In this document: positions 1 to 13,745 of the stretch, piece after piece
How the letters are laid out: each line of letters opens with the position of its first letter
Position numbering within the stretch: position 1 is the first letter of the stretch
DNA from: Nemertoderma westbladi
Lineage: Eukaryota; Animalia; Xenacoelomorpha
NCBI GenBank assembly: GCA_032718475.1
Contig: JAUCBJ010002167.1
Location: 14,877-78,876 of the forward strand
DNA: 64,000 nucleotides
Reading direction: 5' to 3'
Program-made: the position numbers and the translations under genes
The notes under the pieces: generated by a model
The model's input: the letters and a program-made list of their open reading frames with translations, nothing else
The model's database searches: none
What the model was told of the DNA's origin: nothing

Positions 1-2400
1 CCTATGGTTGGAGTGGAATGATTTACTCTAGTCCACAAAAGTCAGGACAGCGGGGAGATTCTTTGACTTTATTCCCTCAATCAGTCTCCGTAGCGCAAAT
101 ATCTGAGCCATTGTTAATCTATTTGGTCGAAATCCGTTTTGGCTCTTACGCGGCAGTTAATCTATTTGAGGTCTATTTATAGAATCATTTTGTTGTATAT
201 TTTGGCAGCTACCACAAGCAGACAGCCTTTTTTCCCCTTTCAGCATCCGGTTGCAAACATGGTCTGTTTAGCACTCCTATTTTCCATACCTTTGTGTGAC
301 GATTTCATCTAAATGCACACGCATTATTATTGGACATACTTTTAATGCTTCTATGGAGTTCGGCGGGTGTGAAGTCTCCTGTTTCTATAGGGGACTATAT
401 CTTTTGTCATATATTTTCCTTGTAGAGCTGACCTCGATGTTTGGTGGCTTCCCAAGCAAGTTGCTGAAGTGATCTTTCCATTTCCCAACAACTTTCTTCA
501 GGACTATCAGCTTTAAACCTATTAGCATCCCCCCTCTAAAATCGACAAATTTTAACGAAAACGTCTGACTTTTTGTTTGTATGGAGATTTCATTAGTCTG
601 AATCCGACCGAAAAAAACAATTTCGAAAAAATGTGCTGGGGTGGATATATTTCAGCACCAAATGTGAACAAATTTCATAAAATTTGAAAGTTACAATTGT
701 CCGCTAATTTTTTATCAATACAGGTTTTCTAGAGCGCAAAATCCATTGGAAATTATTTAAAAATAATCGGATTACTATAAATGGCTGATTTAGTCCTCTA
801 CGTAGGCAAATAATGAAAAAAACAAGTAACCAACACTTTTCAGTTTGAACACAAAATATTTAATTCACTTGTACGATGCTATAAATTCACATTTTGAGAT
901 TTTCTGGGGCGCTGATTCTAATGGAATGCATTTCAAATTTGTCATATCATTTCTACTCGTATCATTTCTTCTATTTGGTGCTAGCACCAAATTTCGTACC
1001 CATCACCAAAAAGTACAAGTTTGTACATGATGGAAGTACATATCCAGTGCTGTTTTTATTGATTCCATTGGATTCAGGACTCTCATAAACCCGAATAACG
1101 CAAGAAAAAAAATTATGATTTATTTTATGATTTCTATTTATCAATTTGCTTATTTTCAAAAATTTGGTGCTGGCACAACAATTTTCACCCTCCGGCGAAA
1201 AATACAAGTTTGAAAACTCTTATACAATTTTTACTTATTCCATTGAATTCAGAATCCTAACAAACCCGTATAACGCAAGAAACAAGGTGACACAATTAAT
1301 TGATATATTTGATGGTTTTCAATATTTGGAGCTAGCACCAAATTTTGCACCCACTTCCGAAAAATACAAGTTTGAGATGTCTAGCTGGATAATTATTTAT
1401 TCCTTTGAATTCAGAACCGCCATAAACCTCTAAAACACGAGAAATAAGTTGTTAAAGCAATTGAACTACTGAATGGATTCTCAAAAATCTTTGCTAAAAA
1501 TTTTGCTGGTCCACCAAATTTTGCACACAGTAACGAAAAATGCAAGTTTGATACGCGTTGTGCAACTCGTATATATTTCATCGAAAGCAAAACCCCAAAA
1601 AACCCATATTGCGCAAAAAACAGGTTCAAATAATCAATTTACAAAATTGACATATTCCAAAATTTGGTGCTGGCACCAAAATTTGGAACACGCCGAAAAA
1701 AGCAAGTTTGAAATTTCCAAATTAATTTATATGAATTCCATCTAATTGCAAACACCAAACAACTGGAGTAAATTAATAATAGAGATGTTCAAATGATATC
1801 TCATGAAATGTAATTTTCAAAAAACACCTCAAAAAAGTGCCAAAAGTAGGGTTAAAAATAAAAAAAATAGTGCTATAACTCGAAAACTACTCAATATTTT
1901 TGAAAACCGTTTTCACTATGAGGAAGACAATAGATTTTTAGGAAAAGTCATAAAATTTCAGATTCCCAACTGCGTTTGTTTCAGAGTTACAACAAAAAAA
2001 CCACCTCGGGGTCATATTGACCCCCCCCCCCCCCCCGGGTTTAATAGGGTTAAGGCACCAGCGTTCCGATCAGATACCTCATTTACAATTTTTTTGTCCT
2101 GTATGTTCTTCTCATGGCTGATGTTGTGGGACAATTTAAGATCTTCCTTAGCTTTCTCAACCTTGTTGATGTTTTCGGTTGTTACTGTAGTTGTTCGATT
2201 TTTGCTTTCTAGGCTATCTTAAGATCTTCTCTCTTACAAGTAACCTCAGAGTCTTGTCATGGTCAAACTGTTTTCGTTTGGTTATCTGGGAAATATGCCT
2301 CTTGGCTGATTCCTTGTGGGATTTTATTATATTCTGGTATATTGAATGCAGACGATACTGCAATATCATGAAAGACGTTAATATGGTTAAAAAGCACAGG
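1..2400 (-). mobile_element. Degenerate RTE-clade LINE fragment (RT N-terminal region), split by a TTAA-inserted element
   Basis: Minus strand reads RKSQNGFRPNRLTMAQIFALRRLIEGIKSKNLPAVLTFVD near 45-150. Removing 517-2049 plus one TTAA restores the in-frame read KIVNEVSDRNAGALKLIVLKKVVGKWKDHFSNLLGKPP. The 5' boundary is approximate. Confidence 0.8.
517..2049. mobile_element. Non-autonomous piggyBac-like (TTAA-specific) DNA element/MITE
   Basis: TTAA at 513-516 and 2050-2053. Termini ACCTATTA... / ...TAATAGGG form a 7/8 inverted match to a CCCT-type end. Internal recurrent palindromes (e.g. tttggtgctagcaccaaa). No transposase ORF. Interrupts the RTE frame. Confidence 0.75.
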
Positions 2401-2459
2401 CCCATTGGACGGATACTTAATTATCGTTAAGAAATGTGGAATCTTGCAATATTATAAAT

Positions 2460-2683
2460 TTACAAACCAAAGACCACGTAACTATCGATAGGACAAGTTT
2501 CAGAGCGTTCTATCCCTGTACAAGGTAATCCCCATCTCCTTTTGGTGCATTTTTTCCATCGGCGATGTTGTAGAATAGAAGCTGTGGGGAGGTCGGAGAC
2601 CGGATTTGGTGGAGGGAGGTCAGAAACAGGAAGATGACAAATATTTGACCAATCAGTGGTCCACTCAGTCCACTCTCCGTCAC
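2460..2683 (-). CDS. Putative exon 4 (last coding exon) of host PAN/Apple-TSP1-like secreted protein
   Basis: Acceptor attacag|GT (phase 1). Translates DGEWTEWTTDWSNIC...QHRRWKKCTKRRWGLPCTG...C...FGL*, a thrombospondin type-1-like WxxW...C...R...C...C pattern. Confidence 0.65.
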
Positions 2684-2839
2684 CTGTAATATATAATTTT
2701 GTTTATGCTCGAGAAACAATCTAAGTTATCGGAGTCGCAAGGGGATGTAGCAATTTAAGACAGAATTTACTTAAGTTCCTGGGTTAAACTTTAATGGTGT
2801 CTTTTAAATTTTTTTTGCTTTGGCAAAAATTAATCTGAA

Positions 2840-3340
2840 CCCTATTAGTCATATTACTCATCAACCATATTAGTACCGATACCGGGCTATAAAATGTATA
2901 CCCGGAGGGGGTCATATTGACCATTTTTTATATATAGGTTTTCTGGAGCGCTGAATCCATTGTCAGTTTGATCAATACACATTTAATTTACTTATAACAT
3001 GCTATAAATGCAATTGTTATGTTTTCTGGGGCGCAGATACTAATGGTATACATTTATAATGCTCCAGATCATTGCTACTCGTATTTTTCTGCGAAATATG
3101 ACAAATTTCGGTACCCACAAAATTTCGCACCCACTTCCTAAAATTACAAGTATATGATTTCCAGTGCCATTTTTATATATTTAATAAATTGGATCCAGTA
3201 CCACCATAAACCCGGAAAACGCAAGAAACAAGATGATACTACAGTATCTATTGAACAATTTGCCTGTTTTCAAAACTTGGTGCTGGTACAAATCATGGGG
3301 TGATTTTGACACCCCCCCCCCCCCCCCCCCCCCCCCTGTT
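2840..3340. mobile_element. MITE remnant related to the 517-2049 family
   Basis: Shares ccctatta, ggggtcatattgacc, ttctgg(g/a)gcgc..., aacgcaagaaacaag and a poly-C end with 517-2049. Boundaries approximate. Confidence 0.55.
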
Positions 3341-3437
3341 AACAAATTATATGACAATTAAATTTTGAACCCTAACCTTATTGCAATATATTCCATAAAA
3401 TAATACATACATAACCACACCACGTTAACCTACTCAC

Positions 3438-3522
3438 GTGTTTTCCCTTCCATACCGCAGATATATCTTTCAATTTCTGCAAATTCCAAAGTATCAAGAT
3501 CTTCGATTTCTCGGCATTTGCA
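3438..3522 (-). CDS. Putative exon 3 of host PAN/Apple-TSP1-like gene
   Basis: ttcttag|TGC...ACA C|gtgagt, 85 nt, CKCREIEDLDTLEFAEIERYICGMEGKT. Phase 0 in and phase 1 out, matching the neighbouring exons. Confidence 0.65.
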
Positions 3523-3629
3523 CTAAGAAAACAAATATTAAATCAAATATTATGGATGAGGGGGAGGTTGAGGTCTGCAGCCAATCTGTCATCAGGTATG
3601 TCTTAAACTCATAAACAAGTAACAAGTAT

Positions 3630-4600
3630 TATGGGGCGTCCTCCAGGGAGACACACTTGCACCATTCTTGTTCATAATTGCGGTTGACTATGTTCTACGC
3701 ATGTCCTTAGATCATCATAATGATGATGGGGTGATGGTAACTCCACCTACTGGCTCCAGTAGTCGAGGAAATCCTGCCAAGTACCTAACTGATCTAGACT
3801 TTGCTGATGACCTAGGAGTACTGTCAGAATCAGGGAGCCCAACGGCTCCTCAGCTCATTAGAACTGGCTGCTTCTAGTGTTGGTCTTTTTATTAACTCCA
3901 AAAAGACCAAAATTTTGACAGTTAACTTTGAAAGTCCTCAGCAAGTCTCGGACCGGATGAGCATAATCTCAAAGGATGGTATGCTTGAGCATGTGGACTC
4001 CTTCTGTTACCTGGGATCATGGATCCGGAAGTCAGGTGAGGACCTTCGAATACGTAAGGGAAAGGCATGGGCAGCCTTGAATAGGCTTTCCAGGATTTGG
4101 AACTCACCGAGAATTAATCGGAAACTTATTTAGAGCAGCAGTAGTTCCAGTACTCCTCTATGGGAGTCCATTCTGGGCTTTAACTGCTGAGGACTCCAAA
4201 TCTCTGGATGGCACATTCACAAGAATGCTACGCGGGTTCATTGTGTCAAGTACAATGCACACATCTCCAACCAGACACTATATAACATTGGAGGTGTCTC
4301 ATTGGTTCCCCCAAGAATGTCACTAGAACAAAGTCGCCACCGCTTTTTGCAGGACATTGCTTACGCCGTGAGGACAAGCCAGTGCATATTCTTATGCTTG
4401 GCAGCCTCATGGAGTGAATAAGCATGGTGGACAGCCCATGACTTTCTTGAGACGCATCTTAAAGGACACTGGCCTTGAAGATGTGGATGATCTAGCAAAT
4501 GTCATGGGTGATAGGCAGTTGTGGTGGTACAATTTTGTCGGCAAGCCGGCACAGCATTCTTGAAAATGCAGCTGCAATGCAGCATGCTGATCCTAGTAGT
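3630..4600 (+). mobile_element. 5'-truncated RTE-clade LINE, copy 1
   Basis: GVLQGDTLAPFLFII..DYVLR and DLDFADD RT motifs, frameshifted, with a (TAG)n tail at ~4594-4600. Same family as 5351-6423 and 58125-59355. Confidence 0.9.
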
Positions 4601-5350
4601 AAACACATAAGGGATGACGTACACTGAACTCTTAATTTTTTGGTAAAACCAGTGGGTTGACATAGTTCAAGGTCATATTTAAGAAGGCATAATGCAGAAA
4701 CACCAATATTGTTATTTTTATTAATCACTGCACTGCAAGTCAAAATCAATATTTGTCTTCTTGTTAATAACCGAAAGACCAACATTGGGGGTAGCTTCTT
4801 CCCAGTTATTTAATAAATAAGAACTACCTAAAATATCTCTGACATCATATAGTGTTGACATCTCAAGTCAAAATCTGTAACTTGATTTGCTGGGGATAAA
4901 TGTCTTCTGCTATGAGATTTAAATTTTGGATTGTGCTAATGTGTAACTCTGAATGACAAACTACATAACATGAAATTAGTCTGTCCCAAAATCACTAGAG
5001 ACTGCTGAAAAACCTCAAGATGCTCTTAAAAGATCAGATCAAGATCAGATGTATTCCAATTTATGGTCCAAAACAATAAAGGTTTTGGAGGGACCGGTAA
5101 TTTAGCTTTTAATTACTCTGGAGCATATCCTTACATTCGTATGAGGTATGATAATGATATACCCTCTAAGTTTCTCATTTCGTCCAGAATGCGCTGATTT
5201 ACCCCCAAGGGATTTTTCTTTCTCTTCCATGATTTAAGGGGATACTTTCGAAGGTGTTATAAACTGCAGCTACTAACTGGTCCTGTGTCCCTAACACTAT
5301 GAGGTACTCTGGCTACTCTCCACTGTGTACGTAGTTTCTCATCATGGACC

Positions 5351-6423
5351 CACTACTACTAGGATCGGCATGCTGCATTGTAGCTGCATTTTTAAGAATG
5401 CTGTGCCGGCTTATCGACAAAATTGCACAGCCACAACTCCCTATCACCCATGACATTTGCTAGATCATCCGCATCTTCAAGGCCAGTGTCCTTTAAGATG
5501 CGTCTCAAGAAAGTCATGGGCTGTCCACCATGCTTATTCACTCCATGAGGCTACAAAGTACAAGATTATGCACTGGCTGGTCCTCACGGCGAAAGCAATG
5601 TCCTGCAAAGCGGAGGCGATTTTGTTCTAGTGTCAAGCTTGGGGGAACCAATGAGACACCTCCAATGTTATATAGTGTCTGGTTGGAGATGTGTGCATTG
5701 TACTTGACACAATGAACCCGGCGTAGCATTCTTGTGAATGTGCCATCCAGAGATTTGGTGTCCTCAGCAGTTAGAGCCCAGCATGGACTCCCATAGAGGA
5801 GTACTGGAACTACTGCTGCTCTAAATAACCGGACCTTAAGTTTCCGATTAATTCTCGGTGACTTCCAAATCCTGGAAAGCCTATTCAAGGCTGCCCATGC
5901 CTTTCCCTTACTATTCGAAGGTCCTCATCTGCCTCCCGGATCCATGATCCCAGGTAACAGAAGTCATCCACATGCTCAAGCATACCATCTTTTGAGCTTA
6001 TGCTCATCCGATCAGAGACTTGCTGAGGACTTTCAAAGTTAACTGTCAAAATTTTGGTCTTTCTGGAGATAATAAAAAGATCAACACTAGAAGCAGCATG
6101 TTCTAATGAGCTGAGGAGCCGTTGGGAGCCCTCTAGTGATTCTGAGAGTACTCCTAAGTCATCAGCAAAGTCTAGATCAGTTAAGTACTTGGCAGGATTT
6201 CCTCGACTTCTGGAGCCAGTAGGTGGAGTTATCATCACCCCATCATCATTATGATGATCTAAGGGCATGCGTAGAACATAGTCAACAACAATTATGAACA
6301 AGAATGGTGCAAGTGTGTCTCCCTGGAGGACGCCCCATAACACTTCAAATGGTTCTGTGTCACCATCAACAGGAGACACTAATGTTGTCGAACCATCGTA
6401 TACTGATCTGATTGCTGCAATTC
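5351..6423 (-). mobile_element. 5'-truncated RTE-clade LINE, copy 2, with 11-bp TSD
   Basis: ORFs 5885..6436 and 5538..5888 (GVLQGDTLAPFLF, DLDFADD, VLLYGSPCW). (TAG)n tail. CATCATGGACC duplicated at 5340-5350 and 6424-6434. Confidence 0.92.
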
Positions 6424-6654
6424 CATCATGGACCAATAATGGGTTTGCAAGACTTTTGAAGCCTCTTGATTGAACGAAGGCTAAATCTTGTAATGTCTAC
6501 AATAAGGTAATAATAACTGCAAAATTCATTTCAAGACTTATCTAATGATTGCCCCATCATCAATGGTTACCAGAATACTTACTGGAATATTGGGGTCAGG
6601 ATTACTTCCATCAATGGTTATCAAACTAGCATGTTGGTCATAATTGTCGCTTAC

Positions 6655-6805
6655 TGCCATATAGTCGTAAACTGCCGATGACTTGAGATCTGATTCTGCC
6701 ACATCCTCCGCATACTTGCTGTTTAACTGGCACGAATATGTCCTTATACCATCCTCCACAGGGCTATCAATTTTCCGATAGTTAATAGATTTGCAGTTGG
6801 AATTC
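6655..6805 (-). CDS. Putative exon 2 of host gene (C-terminal half of PAN/Apple domain)
   Basis: ttttgtttcag|G AAT TCC AAC TGC...ATG GCA|gtaagc. Translates NSNCKSINYR...YSCQLNS...DL...YDYMA. An alternative phase-0 donor cca|gtaagt ends at 6583. Confidence 0.7.
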
Positions 6806-7299
6806 CTGAAACAAAATTTAGGGAATCGTACAATTGAGGAATCCTACTGTAACCATAGATACAGTACTTACTCCCCTTGTACGTGGGACAGAATATGTAC
6901 CCATTAACATTTATACATACACGTATCGCTGGTATGACGCATCGCTGGTCAGGCCCATAACTCAACACTTCCTCGCTTCGTGATCAGATGTAGACCTAAT
7001 TAATCTTCATTGTCGTCAGCGGTGTCTTTCAGCAGAAGTTCCGGAAATGACAGACAGCAGCAGATGACCACCACAATTTATCTTTCCAGCCAGCTGACAT
7101 ACACAGATGATCAGTTCTATGATAACCGCTATGGAAATGGCCGGCCAAACTCACACGTAATGCCAGCAGGGTGGAATTGGGTTTTGGAAATTTGTTAAAG
7201 CTTCTGCGGCCTAAAATGCACATTTTAGTAGCAATAAGCTAGTCTACTCCAAACTTTTTAAAACTTAGTAGGAACTTGGAAAAACTTAGTAAATTTGCT

Positions 7300-9700
7300 A
7301 AGTCCACCAAACCCACATGCCCCAATGTGTTTGATTCCAGTATTTTGTGGACAAGTACACAGCCCCCTTCTTAATCCTATCCGGATATGGCCCAGACGCC
7401 AGCAAGGATATTTCTCAGTATGATAACTTCCAGGGAAGGTTAGAAGGATTTTTGCTTTCACACTCAGATTGTATCCCATTTGTATTGGCCGATACAAACG
7501 CAGACATTGGCTCATCACAGGGTAATCGTTTTGGCCGAATAGAAGCTACTCAACGCGGCATGAAATTAGTTAACTTTCTAAATGGAAATGGTTTAAAATG
7601 TATGGATACTTTTGCTCCTTTGTTTGCTGGACCAGTAGTAACATTTAGCTGCCAAGGGAAATCATAATTATACATTATTACCTCCCCACTTGGTGAAGCG
7701 TTAATAAATAATGGGCGTGTGCTGGATTCTAATGATTCGATACCTGCCAATCTTTTGGATAACAATGCGCTATTGGTCAACTTGGCTTTAAAAGGTTTAC
7801 AATCCCACGAGGCTGGTAGTGGTATGTGCTCTACAGCTAGAGGTACCAGTAAAGTTACTAAGAATATTTGTTTAATCAGGTTCGCATGGAACAGAGCTAC
7901 TCACGAAAATATTATCAATTATCAGACGCAAATTGAAAATGACTCCAAGTCAATTCTCAAGTTATTGGAAAATGATGATGGAATAAATTTATTTGCTGAT
8001 CGCCTGGAAGAAATAATATATACATCTGCAGTTCAACACCTCCCTATAATAAAACCAGTAAAAAAGACGAAGAACTTGCGGATCAGATCTAAGTTATTGC
8101 ACCTGCGTTCCAAATTAGTTCGCCAGTTATACAACGAATTGTTAAAGGAAGGGAAAGCTACGGATTGCGGAATTGGCCTACAATATAAAGAATCAAGACG
8201 AAGTGTTAGGTGGCTGAAAAACTGGATCACTATAAACCACGTCTCCCGGTCTGTACATGTCGCTCTGTCGCAATTAAATCGAACCCTAAAACCTTCTGGA
8301 GAAAGATTAATCCAATTGCACCTTTAGATCCACCCACATCTGTTAAAAAAATACGGAAGAATATGGAAGATACGAAACAAGGGTATAATAGTAGGATACC
8401 TAAACTTGATGATGTCATTGAAATTCTCATAAATTAATGTGAAAGCAACAATTTTACTCCACCCACCGTTACCATTCATGTAGTACAGCTATGCCTATGC
8501 CAGCTAGACATTTCTTCGGCCTTTCAAAATGTCCAATACAACTTGCTTATTACTAAGATGCAAAGTTTCGTTAATCCTTTTATTTGTATTGTTCTCGCCG
8601 ATTATTACCGCAAGACAGTAGCTTTTCTCGAGTTTGGAAAACAGCTACACTGCGAGAGGATACCGGTACATCAGGGTCTAAAGCAGGGATCACTCCTAAC
8701 GCCCATTATCTTCCTTGTAATACGGAAGATGTCATCCGTGAGCTGGTAATGAGAGGATTTGGACCAAGATTAGAAATGTTGTGGTTACATGATTTTTGTT
8801 ACGCTTACGATAACATGCTCCTAGCTGAATCCGTGGAAGGATTAGAATGTCTGATAACTATAGTGAATTCTGAGCTGTCAAAACTAAACCTTAATATTGA
8901 ACCTTCTAAAACAAAATGGTGCTATATTCCTGGGTGTAAAATAGAATAATTCTGGTGTTCCGACATTTATTAACAAAAATGGAACTTTGGTAAACCCTAG
9001 TTCCATGCTGACGTTTTTTGGTGTGAAAGTTTATTCCAAACATAGCGATGTTAGTGGCGATTGCACTAGATTCCTCCTTGTAATGGCTGAAACTTTTCGA
9101 CGAAAACGCTGGACAAAACAGTGGGTATGAGACCTTGGGTATACTGTGGAGCTCTATATAGCATTACCCTCGATCATGTGCAAGATTCGTTTTGCTGCAG
9201 GTTTACTCACCCAATCCGAACTGGTCAAACTGGACACTTTGTATCGCAAGGTTTTGCGCAGTCTCTTGCACCTGGGAACATACGCATCAAACCTCGTAAT
9301 ATACACATTATTAAACTGTAAACCATTACCTACGGAAATTTATCTGGCTAACCTCCGCACTATACTTCGGTAGAGAAACTGTCCTAATATACTAACATCC
9401 TATTTCGCGCATTGCTTCAAACCTCGAAGGAGAACTGTCCCGGTCTAATACCTCTATATATAAAAGCCAACAAAAACTTCAACCTACCAAGCACGATCAG
9501 TCTATCCTTAGTAAGCTCTGAGTATAGCAAAGGTAGTTTGAAATCTCGTTACTGCTTATGTGTACCTACAGAGAAGGATAGAATGGAAAGTCCAGTTTAT
9601 CAGTGACGTGTTGAATAGAGTGGGATCCTGTAAACTTGTAATACGCCGCGAAAGAATAAAGCAGTATTTAAATATATTTTAATTGCAATTTATTGCCTGT
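7300..9700 (+). pseudogene. Heavily degenerate non-LTR retrotransposon (APE endonuclease + RT)
   Basis: Fragments LILSGYGP...VLADTNADIG (APE-like), QGLKQGSLLTPIIF and FCYAYDNMLLAES (YADD-like), with many stops and frameshifts. Clade not determinable. Confidence 0.75.
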
Positions 9701-11639
9701 TACGATGTTCACTGACTTATATACTGTATATTATAAAGTATATTGTGGTGCTTAAGTATAGTTTTAACTTATTTGATAGTACAACTCTGCTGGGCAATAA
9801 CTGTTAGAGCCTGGTATTTTAATGATTTTAATTTTTTACTGTGGACCTTTGATTTTATTTAATAATATATGCCAGCTAGACTGGCTCCGCGTTCTTGGCG
9901 CGAGACTATTATTCACTGAAGTAAATGGCCAATAGAAGCCATTTTTCTTTGTTCCTATACAGCTGACCCTGGCTAAAACCGTAAACAATGACGAATATGC
10001 CGCATGTAAGCTTTTCATTGGATGATGATGATTTCGTAGTATTTCTAGGAATTAACCAGGCCTGGAAGCTCAGTGTTCTGCTTTTCTGATAGTGGCAGGG
10101 CGGTTTTTGCCTCGAGGCCAAAATGTTGTAGAATCATAGTAGATTAACTGGAGTACACTCAAAGTACTGAGTTATACATACTGCATAAACTAAATGCTGG
10201 TTGTTATTGTTGATATATTATACTTGATGGTTCAATTTATGTAAATATTGGTGATGATATGGAGATGCCGCTATTAATATATCTTAAAGTCTAACTTATC
10301 GCTATCTATATCAAAAGAAGTAAAGTTGTTGTCGGTAAATTAGCGGTCCCAGTTCACAATCAATTGGTGTGCATGAGAATATATGTTATTTAATAGCCCC
10401 AATGTGCACTAAACTGCATAAACTGTACAGTGTACATGTACTGTACTGTGTGCATGTGTACTAAACTCCTTATTCATGAATAAAATTGTCTCAAGTCTGC
10501 AATTCAGGCACCAGAGTGTATTTCAGTCGGTGTTAACATACCACACCCCTAAAGGATGTGGAGACTATGATTATTGTTAACAATCTGTTGTAATTACTGT
10601 AAGCCATAGAATTGTGCCCATCATGTATACTGGCATTATAATATTCCATAGGCCTACTGACTGTTATCACTTGTATATATACTAGTTAATTAGTGCATAC
10701 TGGCACCTATACTGTTACTATATATCTGTAACGCAGTATATAATAATTAACTACTGACTTTCAAACTGAGATTGAATTTATCGGTTTAATTTAATTATTA
10801 TTTGTATAATAACTGTTTAGGCCTACCTGTTTTAACCTTAAATATTTATTGGGCATACTGTTATTGTGGTTACTATATTAAATAGGCAGGTAGTTCATAG
10901 ATAACTTAAACCCCAATCTAAATCTTTCTGACAGCATACTAGATCAATCCACTTTTGACCAGTAGGTAGTTCAGCCAGTAGGAGCAAGGAGCCAGTAACC
11001 ACTTCCCCTACTGTAAGAAAATATCCTAAGACTAAGGAGATCTAGGCTGATGGATTACCATTGGTCAATCACAGGTACTAGGCCACAGGTCAGGTAAGAT
11101 CAAGCCGCCAAAAGACAGACAGCTAAACTTCCTGGTAGTGTAAGAACTAAACTCCAGACTTCTGTGGAGGATGGCCTAGCCAAATGGAAGGCCGTAACTT
11201 CCGGGGAAACCCAACCTATACAACCCGCCCCTGAGAACAGTAGCGAGACTAGCAGTCACCCTAGTACTGTAGACATAGCTCAGCTAGATCGTAGCATAGA
11301 AGACCGCCTTGGTGGAGAAATATATATATATATATATTAATTGACAAAATAAAACATTAAACGGCACAGAATTAATTGATTAACATATTGCATAATAACA
11401 ATTACACAAAAAAAACCCTTCTTTAGTCCAAATTACAAATCTTATATCATTAGAATATAAAACAATATAAGAGTTACCCTATAGCACAAAAGAAAAATAA
11501 ATAAATATGCCTACTAGTGGGGTCGCTTAAGGCTGAAATATAGCAAAATCGTTAATTGCCGGACAAAAGCATGAAAATGTGACTATATATGTAAAAAAAT
11601 GTGTAGATTAATCTGAGCCTGTGTACCAAAAAAATTGAC

Positions 11640-11990
11640 TACTTCCCTAGCAACAGGGTGACTTTTTCATAGCAACCGTTGTATATTTAATGTAATTATG
11701 ATTGAAACTTGGGATAAACAACCTGTCTAGCAATAGAAGATGGTCAATAGTGACATTTGCGCTGATACACTTTTCCTTGGCAACCGGGTGACCTTTCCCT
11801 AGCAACCGCTGTATATTTATTGAAATTTTGATTGAAACTTGGGATAAACAACATGTCTAGCAATAGAAGATGGTTAATAGTGACATTTGCGCTGATACAC
11901 GTTTCCTTAGCAACAAGGTGACCTTTCCCTAACAACTGCCTGCAATTCTGATTGAATCTTGGGATCATGTTGGGATAACCAACCTGTATA
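11640..11990. repeat. ~130-bp tandem repeat, about 2.5-3 copies
   Basis: aaacttgggataaacaac at ~11705 and ~11835, with a degenerate third copy near 11955. Recurrent (c)ctagcaac motifs, probably a non-autonomous element interior. Confidence 0.7.
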
Positions 11991-12039
11991 GCAATATATG
12001 CATATATATATGCATATATACTGTATAATGAATATTACT

Positions 12040-12485
12040 CATAAAAAGTTCAGTACTTCATAAACAAACTCACAAACGACTCTAGACGATGTACTAAATT
12101 GGCGACTAAGGCGATTATTATCTAAAACTGACATTAACTTATTATAACCCGGTGTTTTCCCGCTATAACACAGATCCAGTACTTGGTTAATTGGTAAATT
12201 ACGATTCTTACAGTTCATTAGTTTTCGTATGTAGTTTTTCCTATTTTTATTTATGATATCAACCAATCTTAGGAAACCAACTTTCAATATAGCATAAATT
12301 ATTGGGTGTCTGCAGTCTGACTGATAGTATAACTTAAATCATTTCCATGTATAAACTCTCAAAGGATTTGACATTATCAGTTAACCACGATTCACTAGCG
12401 TAAAGCATCAATGAAATTACATATGCGTTTAGCACTTGCTTTTTATAAATGAAAAGAATATCATTATTTGTACTCCAGAAAATAC
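12040..12485 (-). pseudogene. 3' fragment of a LINE ORF2
   Basis: Minus strand reads YKKQVLNAYVISLMLYASESWLTDNV, a post-RT LLY.SE.W motif. Confidence 0.6.
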
Positions 12486-12499
12486 ATCCTTACCATGTG

Positions 12500-13645
12500 A
12501 TCGCAGTGGCAGCTGCTCTAATCCCAGTGGACTCTTAGCAAGATCCTTTACGCCATCCCCACAGCAGCATCTTAGTGCAGATCTTGGAAGCTATAGATGA
12601 ACACCTCGCTGAAGCAGCACTGGGCAGACCTTCACATAAACTAGATTATGCTAGTTATGCCATAGATGAGCTAGAGGATTTAGTGCAGCAGAAACATAAC
12701 TTCCCCAGCCTCAGAGAACCTTTTGGTCTAGGACCAGCCCCTTGGGAGGATTTATACCACTTACGAGTCTCCTGAGACATTAATGATCGCGCAGTATGGA
12801 AGAACTCAGAAGCATGATATACTCAAGGATTTTTTAATTCCTTGGGACATATTGAGACTCAACTGTTTCGAGGAACCACTAATTCAGCAGGGCGAAACAG
12901 ACTAATCCTGTCTGCATTTGGATAGGTTGCATTCCTGGTACTGTATGTACAGGCCCTTTGGCAAAAACCTCAGAGAAATAACTGAGAGTGTATTTGTGTA
13001 AGTGTATTTAATACTTAATAATAACTGAGTATGGAAGTTCAAGACGAACTAGAGGTTACAGAAGTTAGCTCAGTAGAGGAGGGTTCATTCTCCTCCGACA
13101 ATGACAAAGTTCAGGTATTGTATGATAAGGATAATGTCATAGGACTCCTTATGAAAAATCAATCCTGGTCTAATCAAGTGGAGCCAAGCAACTTAATTCA
13201 TAGGAATAATGAGTTAGCAGCATTTGAAGACGACAAGTTAAATGAGGTAGTGGAACGGTATAACGCAAAATTAACGGATGAACATGCATTTAAATTCTTC
13301 ACTCAGGAAGCTGTGGAACCAAACTCTTATGATAAAAATCTGTCTATAGAAGAAGAGAGAGCGAGACAGATTCAAGCAACAACCACCCACTTTATCAAAG
13401 CAGAAGGGCATTATCTATTCTTCTCTTTCGAAAACGAGAATCTTGATTCATAAACAACTCACAGTTAAGAGAATAGAGCAACTACAAGGCCGACTTTCTG
13501 GTAATTAAAGAGCTAAGGAGATGTATAAGACGCAGCTGAAGAAGTTCATCAACAAGGGATATGCAGAACGAGTTCCCCCCTGGAACTGAAGTAACTGAGC
13601 GGATGTATTATCTTACACATCATTACATTCCCAAACCTGGAAGCC
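12500..13645 (+). mobile_element. BEL/Pao family 1, segment 1 (pre-RT region)
   Basis: LSIEEERARQI..TT...GHY and MYYLTHHYIPKP continue into KPNEVRVVFDGS at 20898. The start is approximate. Confidence 0.75.
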
Positions 13646-13745
13646 TGGAAGGCATATTTCTGACTATCAGACAGCCTACTGGAACAACCGGTAGTTTGTA
13701 TATAATCATTGGATTCTCTCGCTGCCTGCTGGTCTACCATATAAT

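Noticed and set aside
845-2222. Short ORFs inside the TTAA element as a transposase
   Set aside because: No DDD/DDE motifs; low-complexity translations of internal repeats.
5278-6496. Possible additional exon (ttgtag|ACA TTA CAA...) interrupted by RTE copy 2
   Set aside because: The frame is open but has no recognisable domain, and exon 2 splices in phase directly to exon 3 without it. It cannot be excluded without RNA data.
9720-11500. Possible coding remnants between the LINE and Pao segments
   Set aside because: No motif I could recognise on either strand; left unannotated.
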